From contig CAZFHY010000017.1 of the NCBI GenBank assembly GCA_964519305.1, forward strand, positions 1 through 64,000: a stretch of 64,000 bases of DNA. Direction: 5' to 3'. Origin of the DNA: Candidatus Undinarchaeota archaeon (GTDB lineage Archaea > SpSt-1190 > JASMDC01). The notes under the pieces are model-generated. The model worked only from the letters and a program-made list of their open reading frames with translations. It was not told the origin of the DNA and searched no databases. The position numbers were made by a program, and so were the translations under genes. The first letter of the stretch is position 1; the number at the start of each line of letters is the position of its first letter. Shown here in pieces: positions 39,078-49,137 of the stretch.

Positions 39078-39713
39078 ATGCCTCGTCATCCGTTCGTCAA
39101 CGTCCGGATAGCCGGGTACTGCGGCCTCGCCGCCTTCGCGGTCGCATTCGCCTGCATCATGCTCGCCACCACCGCCTCGCCCTGGTTCTCATGGACTGAG
39201 AGCTGGCTGAGCGACCTTGGGGGGCCCGAGGGTGAGAACGTGGTCGTGGCCGGCAACCTCACCGCAGCGAACCTGTTCAACAACGGCATCATGCTGGCCT
39301 CGCTGCTGGGCCTAGGTCTCGTGGGCGGGCTCTGGGGGTACCCGGGGCTGGACAATCCATGGGGCCAGCGGGGGCTCATCCTCCTGGCGCTCGACCTGGT
39401 GGCCCTGTTCGGCGTAGGATTGTTCCCCATCTCGCCTGATGGATTGCACGATCTTGCCGCTGTACCATTTTTCATCCTCATCCCCGCATCGTTGCTCGCG
39501 CTCGCGAAGGGATTGGGTGATTCGGGTGATGACGAGCATGCCAGGACAATGGGCGTGCTGGGGGCGATAGCCCTCGTCACCGTGCCCCTCATCGAGGTAG
39601 TTCCGCAGCCATGGGGCAACAATGCGTTCATGGAGGCCATTCCCTCGCTAGCGCTGGGGATAGCGAGCGTGGTGTCCGGTCGGTGGCTGCTCGTTGTGAA
39701 CGAGGACGACTAG
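39078..39713 (+). CDS. DUF998 family membrane protein
   Basis: PWFSWTESWLSDLG, FNNG, GVGLFP...LHD. Confidence 0.85.
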   Translation: MPRHPFVNVRIAGYCGLAAFAVAFACIMLATTASPWFSWTESWLSDLGGPEGENVVVAGNLTAANLFNNGIMLASLLGLGLVGGLWGYPGLDNPWGQRGLILLALDLVALFGVGLFPISPDGLHDLAAVPFFILIPASLLALAKGLGDSGDDEHARTMGVLGAIALVTVPLIEVVPQPWGNNAFMEAIPSLALGIASVVSGRWLLVVNEDD

Positions 39714-42052
39714 GCCGGTTCCAACGCGGACCCGATTACACGACACAGCACATGGCCGAAGGGACCGCTCTGTTCATCAGCGCAGGTCTTCAACCAGGCT
39801 GCGAACCTCTCCTCCAGCACGGTGATGGGCGGCACGATCATCAATGCTCCGATGAGGGCCGAGGTCACGCCGATGGAGAGGGTGAGCCCCATGCGGTCCA
39901 TGCCCGGGTTGTCCCCTATGGTCATGGCCATGAAGCCCATTATGGTCGTGATGGTGGTCACGGTGATAGCGCTCCCTACCGAGCGGTAGGTCTGGGCCAT
40001 GGCCTCGGAGGACGGTAGCGTCTTTCGCAGCCCGTGGTAACGATGGGCAAGGTGGAGCGAGAAGTCGATACCAAGACCCATGATCATGCTGAACACGCTC
40101 GACGTTGCCATGGTCATGTGTATGCCCGCGTACCCCATGACGCCACGCACCCACACCATGCTGATCATCATCGGTGCAAGGCATACAAGGGCAAGGGCCG
40201 GTGAGCGGTAGATGAGGAACACGATCACCATGACGAAGATGAGACCCCACATGGTGGTCCTGGCCATATCACCGCCGATGAGCTTGCCGATGATCCGGCC
40301 GAAGGCGGGTCCACCGCTGTACGCCACGGTGATGTGCGATGGGAAGTTCATCTCTGCGACGTCACGCTCGATGGCGGTCATGAACTTCTCGTTCAGCGTC
40401 TGCTCGTTGCCTATGCTCGTGCCCACGGACATGAGCAGGATGTCCCGCTTCTTGTTGTAGTACCTGCCTAGCTTCCCACGGTCCTCGACGGCCTTGAGGA
40501 GCTCGCGCTCGTCGTAGGGGACGCGCTCACGCCCCGGGATGCGCCGCTCCTGGAACGCCTCCCAGGGATCGCCCACGCTGTCCACGTGCTCCTCCCTGGC
40601 GATGAACTGGGACATCCGATGGAGCTCTTCAAGGAACTCACGGTCCACCAGCGAGTCGGGTGCAGGGTACACGTCGTTGAGCTGGAACACGATGAAGGCC
40701 GACTCGGCACCCCCGAACTCGTTCTCGAATGAGTCCATGGAGCGGACCACGGAGAGGCTCTTGGGGGAGTCGGCGGACATGTCCGTGAGCGTCTTGACGT
40801 ACTGTGCGCCGTTGGCCATGAACGCCGTGAACACGATGAGCACGACCATGGTGGTCACGGGCCAGGACTCGACCAGCGTCCCCACGGCCACGAAGAACCG
40901 GTCCAGGAACTGGACCCGGATAACCTCTACGGGTCCCTTGCGACCTTTCTCGGTGATGACCAGTAGTGCTACAAGTAGCACGAGCGAAGAGAGCATGCTG
41001 AAGAAGATGCCAAGTGCGAGGACGGTCCCCAGGTCCTGGATACCCGGCATCCGGCCCATCCTCATGGCCAGGAACCCGGCCATGGTGGTGGTGGCGGTGG
41101 CAAGCACAGCCATCCCAAGATCGGACAGGGTCTCCTCCACGGCCTCCTCTACCGACTTCCCTTCCTCACGCTCCTCCAGGTAGCGGTGGACCACGTGGAT
41201 CCCGTAGTCGATGCCGATACCGATGAGCATGGCGCCGATCCCTACGGTGATGGTGGAGAGCGGGATGTCCAGCATCTCCATGAACCCGGCGGTCCAGATG
41301 ACCGAGAGGATGATGGGGAGCATGGGGATGGCAGCTGTGGTCCCCGAGCGGAAGTAGAGGTAGAGCGTGATGAATACCAGGAGGAGGCTGTAACCGATTG
41401 AGTCCCGGGCACCGCCCACGAGCACGATCATCATCACACGCATCATCGATGGCCTGCCAGTGATCTCGACGCGGATTCCCATTGGGGGTTGGGCGAACTG
41501 GATGGCGTCCCTGACGCTGTCCTCGAACTTCTCAAGCCTCGTGGCGTCGACGCTCACGGCGCCGAAACCGAACACGACAGAACGTGTGTATGCTTTGTTG
41601 TAGAAACGTCCCAGAGAGCCCATCTGGTCGTGGAGCGCGATGGATCCCTCCATGGTCGTAGGGAAGGGACGGTGCCGGTCGATGATGGTCTTTGCGGCAG
41701 AGTCCGCCGACGACAGCTCCTTCACGTCCTCCAGCCGCTCGCCGAGCGCCCGTGTGAAAGTTAGCACCCGCGGATCGCGCATGTCACGCACAGCATCGGG
41801 CTCGTCAACTGAGTCGTCCAGCTCCAGAAGGAGGATGACCGTGTCCTGGTTCCCGTACTCGTTGGAGATGAACTGCATGGTCTGGAGAACGTCCAGGTCC
41901 TCGGGGATGAACTTGGTCATATCTGTCTCGAGCTTGAGCTTGATCGCGTGGGTGTAGACCACTCCGGTCGCCATGAGGAACACAGCCACCACGATGTACG
42001 GATGGCGGTAGATCTGGCGCCCCAGCCATCGCAATATCCTTTTCGCGACCAT
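39710..42052 (-). CDS. RND/MMPL (HAE3-type) exporter
   Basis: Two halves with GIGIDYGIH / GLGIDFSLH and TT..GF motifs. Confidence 0.92.
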   Translation of the reverse strand: MVAKRILRWLGRQIYRHPYIVVAVFLMATGVVYTHAIKLKLETDMTKFIPEDLDVLQTMQFISNEYGNQDTVILLLELDDSVDEPDAVRDMRDPRVLTFTRALGERLEDVKELSSADSAAKTIIDRHRPFPTTMEGSIALHDQMGSLGRFYNKAYTRSVVFGFGAVSVDATRLEKFEDSVRDAIQFAQPPMGIRVEITGRPSMMRVMMIVLVGGARDSIGYSLLLVFITLYLYFRSGTTAAIPMLPIILSVIWTAGFMEMLDIPLSTITVGIGAMLIGIGIDYGIHVVHRYLEEREEGKSVEEAVEETLSDLGMAVLATATTTMAGFLAMRMGRMPGIQDLGTVLALGIFFSMLSSLVLLVALLVITEKGRKGPVEVIRVQFLDRFFVAVGTLVESWPVTTMVVLIVFTAFMANGAQYVKTLTDMSADSPKSLSVVRSMDSFENEFGGAESAFIVFQLNDVYPAPDSLVDREFLEELHRMSQFIAREEHVDSVGDPWEAFQERRIPGRERVPYDERELLKAVEDRGKLGRYYNKKRDILLMSVGTSIGNEQTLNEKFMTAIERDVAEMNFPSHITVAYSGGPAFGRIIGKLIGGDMARTTMWGLIFVMVIVFLIYRSPALALVCLAPMMISMVWVRGVMGYAGIHMTMATSSVFSMIMGLGIDFSLHLAHRYHGLRKTLPSSEAMAQTYRSVGSAITVTTITTIMGFMAMTIGDNPGMDRMGLTLSIGVTSALIGALMIVPPITVLEERFAAWLKTCADEQSGPFGHVLCRVIGSALEPA

Positions 42053-42077
42053 GGTCGGTGACCGTCCTCCGACGTTG

Positions 42078-44144
42078 TTACTTCTTCTTGTCGGTGTCGT
42101 CCGGCTTACGCGTCACGTAGTACACGAGACCACCGGCCAGGAGCACGACAGCTGCGATGGGAGCCAGCTGTGAGCTGAGGGGCGCATCCTCGCCGGCCAT
42201 ACGCCTGCCGCCTCCGGTGACGGCAAGGTTCTGGGTATCCTCGAACACGTACACGTTGGAATCGCCGATGTCACGGTCGCCGACCGCCCTGAGCTCGAAG
42301 GCGAGGCGGTAATCCTTGGGAGTCCCGTCGGTCTCGATCCTGCCCGCGAGCACGCCCACGGCGGTCTGGCCGGGAGCGATGTTGCCCAGATAGTCGCTCT
42401 TGGTCTCGAACACGAAGGGGACGTCGCCCTCCACGACCGCCTTGATCGATGCGGACTCGGCCTCCTCGCTACCGGTGTTCTGGACAGTGATCGTCAGCTC
42501 GAACTCGTCGCCCGGTCTGAGGGCCGAGGCTTTTAGCTCGCCTATGGAGAGCTTGGGCTTCTCGTTGACGATGAGGGTGTAGGTCTGCTGTCCGGTAAGG
42601 GCGGATCCTGCGGTGTCGGTGAACGTTAGGTCGATGGTGACGATGTAGTCGCCAGGCTTCGTGCCCTCGGGCACATCGAACCTGAACTGGGCAGAGTTGC
42701 TTGTGTCCTTGGCCACGTTGCCCAGGACCGAGCGACGGTTGCCGCCGAAGTCAAGGGCGTCGGACGTGGCGACGGCCACGACGTTCTTGGCCATCCCCGT
42801 GCCTACATTGTTGATGTCGATGGCGAGGAGCACATCGTCGTCACCGGGTCGCACCTTCTCGGGATCCACGGACGTGTCTCCAAGACGGAGCTCGGGCTTA
42901 CCCTGGACGGAGAGGCCGATGATGGACTCGGCGGAGCTCTCGGTCCCCAGCGCATCCTCGTAGGCGAGCGCGGCGGTCAGCTGGTATGCGCCCTCGGGTG
43001 TCTTGGGCGCGGCGTACACCTGGACGGCTAGTCGTGCCTCAGCGTCAGATACCAGTTCACGAACGAGGTACTGCGACGAGCCCAGCGGGATGACGCCGTC
43101 CACGGTTACGGGCAGGCTCACTGAACCCACCATCTGGGCAGCGGAGGCCACCATGGCCATGGTCGGATCGGCCATCATCGCCTGTGCCGCACCTGCGCCA
43201 CCGGCACCCTGCTCCTGGCTCTGGTACGCGCTCACCCGGGTGAGCGAGAAGCGCACGTTCTTGGCCACGGCACTACCGGCGTTGCGCAGTACGAAGACGA
43301 GGTCCTTGGTCTCGCCGGGCGTGAAGGTGTCAAGGCCCTCGATATCCGCGAGCTCGACGACCGGTTCTGTATTGTCGACGTGCAGGCCGAGCTGGAGCGT
43401 TGGATTGGTGGACCCGCTGTCGTCCTCGATGGTGATGGGGAGCGTGTAGAATCCCGATGCCCGGGCGCTGATCTGGAGCACGAGGTCGATGTAGGTAAGA
43501 CGGCCGGGGAGCACATCGCCGAGGGCGAACACGTTCCCGGTCCCGCGGAGTGAGAAGAGCGTGGTGTCCTTGGAGCCTTCGGGCGTCGTCGCTACTGTCG
43601 CACGCACGTTCTCAGCGACCCCCTTTCCGGCGTTGCGGAGGGAGATGCGGAACTCGGTGGCGGTCCCTGACGGGATAGTGTCCGGGATGGTGGTATCGTC
43701 GATGACAACGAGCGGATCGGCCTCGATCTCGAGGGTGAGCTCGGTCTCTTCGCGCAGCTCGTCGCAGGTGGGATGGCAGGTGACTATGTCGAGCTTGTAG
43801 GTACCCTCCTGGGCCCCCTCGTCCACGTCGAGGTAGAAGTCCTTGTAGATGACCGGGCGGCCGATAACGTCACCGATGACCTCCACAGCGGGATGCCCCT
43901 CCCGTACTGAGAACGGATATTTTGGGTCCACGGCCAGGGTAAGGTCCTCCAGTGCCTTGTCGCCGCTGAACGTCAGCTTGAGCTTGAGGGTCATGGGCAT
44001 ACCCGGATTCAGCTCAGTGGGTTCGGTGGACACCTTAGTCACCGAAACGGCACCGTAGTCCTTGCCGGCGGCAGCGAGGCCGCACGGAGCGATAAGCATC
44101 GCGCAGAGCGCGAGGGTCAGTATCAGTAGGCTATCTTGTTCCAT
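42078..44144 (-). CDS. COG1361 S-layer-domain protein
   Basis: Signal peptide; repeated PG...N.G...A.NV Ig-like domains; C-terminal TM; usual partner of archaeal RND. Confidence 0.88.
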   Translation of the reverse strand: MEQDSLLILTLALCAMLIAPCGLAAAGKDYGAVSVTKVSTEPTELNPGMPMTLKLKLTFSGDKALEDLTLAVDPKYPFSVREGHPAVEVIGDVIGRPVIYKDFYLDVDEGAQEGTYKLDIVTCHPTCDELREETELTLEIEADPLVVIDDTTIPDTIPSGTATEFRISLRNAGKGVAENVRATVATTPEGSKDTTLFSLRGTGNVFALGDVLPGRLTYIDLVLQISARASGFYTLPITIEDDSGSTNPTLQLGLHVDNTEPVVELADIEGLDTFTPGETKDLVFVLRNAGSAVAKNVRFSLTRVSAYQSQEQGAGGAGAAQAMMADPTMAMVASAAQMVGSVSLPVTVDGVIPLGSSQYLVRELVSDAEARLAVQVYAAPKTPEGAYQLTAALAYEDALGTESSAESIIGLSVQGKPELRLGDTSVDPEKVRPGDDDVLLAIDINNVGTGMAKNVVAVATSDALDFGGNRRSVLGNVAKDTSNSAQFRFDVPEGTKPGDYIVTIDLTFTDTAGSALTGQQTYTLIVNEKPKLSIGELKASALRPGDEFELTITVQNTGSEEAESASIKAVVEGDVPFVFETKSDYLGNIAPGQTAVGVLAGRIETDGTPKDYRLAFELRAVGDRDIGDSNVYVFEDTQNLAVTGGGRRMAGEDAPLSSQLAPIAAVVLLAGGLVYYVTRKPDDTDKKK

Positions 44145-44172
44145 TGTAGGTCACTCCTTTTTCTCGAATAGT

Positions 44173-44685
44173 TCAGTTCTCGCTCGATAATGCCTTTTCT
44201 CCGGCCTCGATGGTCCGGAGGATCTCCCGAGGGTCCTGTCGGCTCATGCGCTCGAGCACGGACAATAGCGCGACGGCCTTGTCGATGAGCTCATCGATGT
44301 GACCACACATCTGCGCATTACCCTCCTTGTCGTAGGCGCCCCGGATATCTCTGAGATGCCCGATGGCGATTGTGATGGTGGGGATCGTCCTGAAGTGGAT
44401 GGGTGTCATGAGGTCGGTGAGAGCGTGGCGACACACATAGTAACCGCGCCGGTCGCCCGGGACCTTGACCCTGTCCACGTCCACGAATTCGCCCATCCCT
44501 GACAGGATCTTGGACACCTTGGGGACGGAGAAGCCCGTGAGCTCGGCGAGATCCTCCTGGGAGAGGGGCTCGTCGGCGGCGAAGAGGACGCCGTACACGG
44601 TAGCACCGTCCCCAGGGTAGCCGATGGCCTGACCGATCCTCATGATAAGGTTCACGAATCCTCGGTCTGCCTCCGACAGCTCCAT
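44173..44685 (-). CDS. GbsR/MarR family transcriptional regulator
   Basis: VYGVLF...PLSQEDLAELTGFS..KVS, KVPGDRRGYY; true start MELSEAD. Confidence 0.85.
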   Translation of the reverse strand: MELSEADRGFVNLIMRIGQAIGYPGDGATVYGVLFAADEPLSQEDLAELTGFSVPKVSKILSGMGEFVDVDRVKVPGDRRGYYVCRHALTDLMTPIHFRTIPTITIAIGHLRDIRGAYDKEGNAQMCGHIDELIDKAVALLSVLERMSRQDPREILRTIEAGEKALSSEN

Positions 44686-44716
44686 CAGGCGTGGCGGCGC
44701 ACCACATGTTTTTAAG

Positions 44717-44736
44717 ATTTTCCAATTTTGGAAAAT
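44717..44736. promoter_or_regulatory. Perfect 9-bp inverted repeat (probable operator)
   Basis: ATTTTCCAA-TT-TTGGAAAAT in the 57-bp divergent intergenic region. Confidence 0.7.
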
Positions 44737-44742
44737 TTCATA

Positions 44743-45333
44743 ATGGTCAAGAAGAGGAGCGCCTCGAAGAAGGGCACGCGGAAGACCACACGGAAGCCTT
44801 CCTCGGATGTAGATAAGACCTCGGACGTCCGGGGCCCGACCTCTACCCCTGACGACCGCCTCGCCCGCGCCGTTCTCATTATCGCCGGTCTCGCCCTCCT
44901 CGTCGAGGGCTATGCGCTCGTGCGTCTCATGGCCATCACCGTGGCCGTCCCCGACCTGGCCGAGGTCGCTGCTTCCTTCGATAGCGCTGCACAGACCTCG
45001 TCGGCCATAACCGCCGCCATGGACGAGGTGGCCAAGAAGCTGGACGACCTGGAGGGAACAGCACGCACGCTTCCTGGTATGAGCTCGCTGGCAGCGGATA
45101 TAACCCAGGTGAGCGGCAGGGTGCGCAAGGTGGGGAAGAGCACATCGGCGCTCGAGGGTGACCTGTCGGCGGCAGCCTCGTCGATGGCCGGTAGCGATTT
45201 CCGGTCGCTGGTGTCCCTGCACACCTTCCTTGTGGTGCAGACAATCGGCCTGATCCTCCTTCTAGTGGCCCTGCTACTGGACGCGGCCATCCGGCTCGGT
45301 GTGGTCGGTAGGGACGCTGGTCCTAGCCCCTGA
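44743..45333 (+). CDS. Membrane protein: basic N-tail, TM, coiled coil, TM
   Basis: MVKKRSASKKGTRKTTRK; two hydrophobic helices. Confidence 0.7.
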   Translation: MVKKRSASKKGTRKTTRKPSSDVDKTSDVRGPTSTPDDRLARAVLIIAGLALLVEGYALVRLMAITVAVPDLAEVAASFDSAAQTSSAITAAMDEVAKKLDDLEGTARTLPGMSSLAADITQVSGRVRKVGKSTSALEGDLSAAASSMAGSDFRSLVSLHTFLVVQTIGLILLLVALLLDAAIRLGVVGRDAGPSP

Positions 45334-45916
45334 TCAGTCCCGAGAGAACGCGGTGCGCCGCAGGCCCGTCCACCTCGTCAACAACGAACAGGGTGTCCTC
45401 CCGGCAGGAGACGAACTCTGTGATGTTGATGCCCTCGCGCTCAAGGGCAGAGAGCAGGTAGGAGAGCACGAAGGGTGTATCCTCGAGCTCCATACCGGAG
45501 TGCAGGGCGATGAGCACCTGGCCGGTGCGCACCTGGTTCGACAGGGGGACGCTGAGCCACCTGCGTGGCATGTCGCTCTCGCGCAGGATGGACGTCCACC
45601 CGTGCGAGGTCCGGGTATGGGCGAGCACCGGAAGGTCCGGCTCGTCGTCGGTGAGCACCACGGCCATGCCGCTGCTGATCTCGAACCGCGAGCTGCGCAG
45701 CAACGCTTCTACCTTCTGGCGCCGCTGACGACGCTCAGCACGCACGGTCTCTGCTTGCCGTATGACCGCCTTCTTCACCGCCTCGAAGCTCCCGCCCACG
45801 TCCTCCTGGGCCAGCCGGGCAAGGGAGCTGTAGTTCACCACGCCCTGTCCAACGGCCTCCACCAGTGACGGTTTCTTCGCAAGCCAGATGCGTACCTTTT
45901 CCTGGACGCTCGCCAT
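45323..45916 (-). CDS. Archaeal ACT-domain regulator-like protein
   Basis: GVVNYSSLAR, EAVKKAV.R, GINITEFVSC..DT. Confidence 0.85.
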   Translation of the reverse strand: MASVQEKVRIWLAKKPSLVEAVGQGVVNYSSLARLAQEDVGGSFEAVKKAVIRQAETVRAERRQRRQKVEALLRSSRFEISSGMAVVLTDDEPDLPVLAHTRTSHGWTSILRESDMPRRWLSVPLSNQVRTGQVLIALHSGMELEDTPFVLSYLLSALEREGINITEFVSCREDTLFVVDEVDGPAAHRVLSGLIRG

Positions 45917-46002
45917 GTTGCGTCCTAAATGGGACAAGATTAATAAAACTAGGTACGAATGAGCCAGTATAGTTAAAAGGGCTCCCACATTTTTCCCAGC
46001 CC

Positions 46003-46167
46003 ATGTATCCTCAAGACGTGGGCGCCGAGCGCAGGACGGTGGCGACCACGCTCAAGAAGTACGGGGCGGACACCAAGGCTCCCCTCTTCGACAAGATGCT
46101 CGCAAGCTCCTATCCGGCCCCAGGCTCGCTGGAGGTCATGATCTCGACCCTCTCCCAGCACGTATGA
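46003..46167 (+). CDS. Small hypothetical protein (54 aa, below the track cutoff)
   Basis: MYPQDVGAERRTVATTLKKYGADTKAPLFDKMLASSYPAPGSLEVMISTLSQHV; GC3-rich; TTAAAA ~27 bp upstream. Confidence 0.55.
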   Translation: MYPQDVGAERRTVATTLKKYGADTKAPLFDKMLASSYPAPGSLEVMISTLSQHV

Positions 46168-46248
46168 GCCGGGCCCGGGGAACGGGGGGATTGCGGGACA
46201 CGGTACGGAACGGGGGAGGGTGGGGGCCCTCTCCCGATAATACCGGGT

Positions 46249-46860
46249 TCACTTCTCGCGGGCGAGCCGGTCCGCCCTCTCGAGGTCATCGGGATAGTCC
46301 ACATCGACCAGCGTACCCTGCGGGAGCTCCACCTCGAGTAAGCGATCGGTGTGGCGACCTACGAGGTCGCGCATGGACTCGTCCTCTCCCAGCGCCAGGA
46401 CCTCGTCCAGTAGCGAGCCGTCCACCAGCAGCGGATGGCCCCGTCTGCCCTCGTGCACCGGGACCGCGAGGAGCGCGTCGCTCTTGTGCCATGCCGCCAC
46501 CAGTGCGTCGATGCAGGCCGAGTCGATGAGGGGCACATCGCCCAGCACCAGTAGCACGGCGTCGATGTCCGGGGCATGGGTGCGCACCTGGCGCACTCCC
46601 TGCTGGAAGGTGGTGAGCATCCCCTGCTCCCAGTCCTGGTTGACCACGCGGTCCACCTCCTCGTCGCGCAGCAGCGGGACAAGCTGGTCGGGATGGCAGC
46701 CGAGCACCACCACCGTGCCGTCGATGGACGAGCCCGTGCAGGCACCTACCACACGGCGGATGACGGGGACGCCGTCCAGGGGAGCTTGCAGCTTATTACA
46801 GCCCATCCTGGTGGAGGCTCCCGCTGCCAGCACCACGGCCCAGACGTGGCCCGTTCCCAC
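46249..46860 (-). CDS. Molybdenum cofactor cytidylyltransferase (MocA-like)
   Basis: LAAGASTRMG.NK, N.DW.QGM, GD.P, GRRGHP, DVDYP; follows the Mo-enzyme genes. Confidence 0.85.
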   Translation of the reverse strand: MGTGHVWAVVLAAGASTRMGCNKLQAPLDGVPVIRRVVGACTGSSIDGTVVVLGCHPDQLVPLLRDEEVDRVVNQDWEQGMLTTFQQGVRQVRTHAPDIDAVLLVLGDVPLIDSACIDALVAAWHKSDALLAVPVHEGRRGHPLLVDGSLLDEVLALGEDESMRDLVGRHTDRLLEVELPQGTLVDVDYPDDLERADRLAREK

Positions 46861-46869
46861 GACCGTCGC

Positions 46870-49137
46870 CTACCGGCCCTTTATGGCCCGGACGATGCGC
46901 TCCTGGGTCACGGGCAGGTCGTTCACTCTGGCGCCGATGGCGTGGGAGATGGCGTTCGTAACCGCACCTGGCGCCGCCATGAGCGACGGTTCGCCGATGC
47001 CCTTGGCTCCGTGGGGTCCCCTGGGGTAGGGGTGTTCCACGATGATCGGTGTGATGACCGGTGCGTCCTTGGTGGTCGGTACGAGGTAGTCGTTGAGCCC
47101 GGGATTGAGGATCACGCCGTTCTCGGACACTAGGTCCTCCATCATGGCGTACCCCATGCCCTGGACCGCACCACCCTCGATCTGGCCCTCGACGGCCATG
47201 GGATTGACGGCCCGGCCCACGTCGTGGGCGGCCACGATGGAAAGGACGGTGACCTCGCCGGTCTCCATGTCCACCTCCACCTCGGCGATGTCGGTGGCCC
47301 ATGAGTAGGTCACGTACAGCTCGCCCAGGCCTGTCTCCTCGTCCCAGCTGGTTGCCGGGGTCCGGAAGAATCCCGAAGCGGCCAGGTGGACAAGCTCCAG
47401 CCAGCACTGAAGGGCCAGCGCGTTGAAGGCCATGCCCTCGCCACCGCCCTTGGGCGTTACCTGTCCCTCAGCGAACTCGACCTCGTCGCACCCGAGCTTC
47501 TTGCAGGCCAGCTCGGCCATGCGTTCCCTAATCTGGCGGCAGCCGTCCATGACGGCCCGGCCTGACATCAGGGTGGAGCGTGAGGCTACCGTCGGTCCCG
47601 AGTCGGGGACCAGGGCTGTATCCACCTCGATCACGGTGATCCGGCCTACGTCGATGCCAAGCTCTTCAGCAGCGAACTGTGCCATCACGGTCTTATGTCC
47701 CTGGCCCATGTCGGTGGTGCCGACAGCGACCAGAACCGAGCCGTCGGCGTGGACCTGGACAAGAGCGCCCGACTTGTCGAGCACCTTACCGGTAGCGCCG
47801 AGACCGACGCCGTAGTAGATGGTGGCGCACCCGATACCGCGTCGCTTGCGGACGTCCAGTGGCTGCGCGTCGTACTCGGCCCGCTTGGCTCCCCACTCAC
47901 TGGACAGGGTGGCCTCGTCGATGCACTCGGCGAACCCGCACGACTCCTCGATGAGGTGGTCGGTCATGGTGCGCTTGCCGATCCCGAGCGCGTTCTTCCT
48001 TCGGAGCTCGAGCGGGTCCATGCCCAGCTTATCGGCGATAGCGTCCATGTGTGTCTCGCCAGCGAAGATGATCTGGGGCGAGCCGAACCCGCGGTACGCA
48101 CCGCAGGGCACCCGGTTGGTGAGCACGCCATAGCTGTCCACCTTGACGTTGGCCACGTCGTAGGCGCCGATGGCATGAGCGTTCCCTCGGAACAGCACGA
48201 CCCCTGTGAGGGTGACGTACGCCCCGGCGTCGAGGATGTACTCGACCTCCTGGGCCACGATGGTGCCGTCCTTCATCACACCGGTCCTGAACTTGGACAC
48301 GGATGGATGGCGCTTGGATGAGCACTGCAGGTCCTCCTCGCGGGTGTAGATGAGCTTGACGGGGCGGCCGGTGGCAAGTGCTGCGAAGCCGGCATACCCG
48401 GAGAGCAGGGACGGGTAATCCTCCTTACCGCCGAACCCGCCGCCGGTGACGGTCTGGATGACCCTGACCTTGGCCAGCGGGAGACCGAGGCCCTGGGCCA
48501 CGCCGGTCTGCACGTAGAACGGGCACTGACACGTGGCGTAAACGGTCACCGATCCGTCGGCGTTGGGCACCACGGTGGCACCCTGGGGCTCGATGTAGGC
48601 GTGCTCCTGGTAGTTGGTGGAGTACTCGCCTTCCACGATGATGTCGGCCGTTTCCATGGCCTTGGCAGCATCGCCCTTCACGACGCGGAAGTGCGAGATT
48701 ACGTTGTCGCGATCCTCCTGGACCTGATGCGCACCGTCCTTCATGGCCTCCACAGGGTGGAACACACCGGGAAGGTCCTCGTACTCGACGATGATGAGGC
48801 CCACGGCCTTCTCGGCGATGGCCCTGGTCCGTGCGGCCACCACGGCGATGGCCTCGCCATGGTAGCGTACGATGCCGTCGGCGAGGAACGGCTGGTCGTC
48901 CTCGACCACGTGGCAGGCGTTCTCGCCGGGGATGTCGTTTGCGGTGATGACCACCTCGACGCCCTCTAGCGCGCGTGCCGCGGATACGTCGAGACGCAGG
49001 ATACGGGCGGAAGCCCGGGTACTGCGCAGAACCTTGGCGTGGAGCATGCCGGGGAACGATACGTCGTCGGCGAACCGTGCCTTACCGGTCACCTTCTCCA
49101 CTGCGTCGATACGGGGGACGGGACGTCCGACGGCCAT
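46870..49137 (-). CDS. Xanthine dehydrogenase family molybdopterin-binding subunit
   Basis: KVTGKA, GGGFGGK, AYRGFG, DMGQG, TVASR, GQIEGG, KGIGE; start MAVGRPV. Confidence 0.95.
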   Translation of the reverse strand: MAVGRPVPRIDAVEKVTGKARFADDVSFPGMLHAKVLRSTRASARILRLDVSAARALEGVEVVITANDIPGENACHVVEDDQPFLADGIVRYHGEAIAVVAARTRAIAEKAVGLIIVEYEDLPGVFHPVEAMKDGAHQVQEDRDNVISHFRVVKGDAAKAMETADIIVEGEYSTNYQEHAYIEPQGATVVPNADGSVTVYATCQCPFYVQTGVAQGLGLPLAKVRVIQTVTGGGFGGKEDYPSLLSGYAGFAALATGRPVKLIYTREEDLQCSSKRHPSVSKFRTGVMKDGTIVAQEVEYILDAGAYVTLTGVVLFRGNAHAIGAYDVANVKVDSYGVLTNRVPCGAYRGFGSPQIIFAGETHMDAIADKLGMDPLELRRKNALGIGKRTMTDHLIEESCGFAECIDEATLSSEWGAKRAEYDAQPLDVRKRRGIGCATIYYGVGLGATGKVLDKSGALVQVHADGSVLVAVGTTDMGQGHKTVMAQFAAEELGIDVGRITVIEVDTALVPDSGPTVASRSTLMSGRAVMDGCRQIRERMAELACKKLGCDEVEFAEGQVTPKGGGEGMAFNALALQCWLELVHLAASGFFRTPATSWDEETGLGELYVTYSWATDIAEVEVDMETGEVTVLSIVAAHDVGRAVNPMAVEGQIEGGAVQGMGYAMMEDLVSENGVILNPGLNDYLVPTTKDAPVITPIIVEHPYPRGPHGAKGIGEPSLMAAPGAVTNAISHAIGARVNDLPVTQERIVRAIKGR

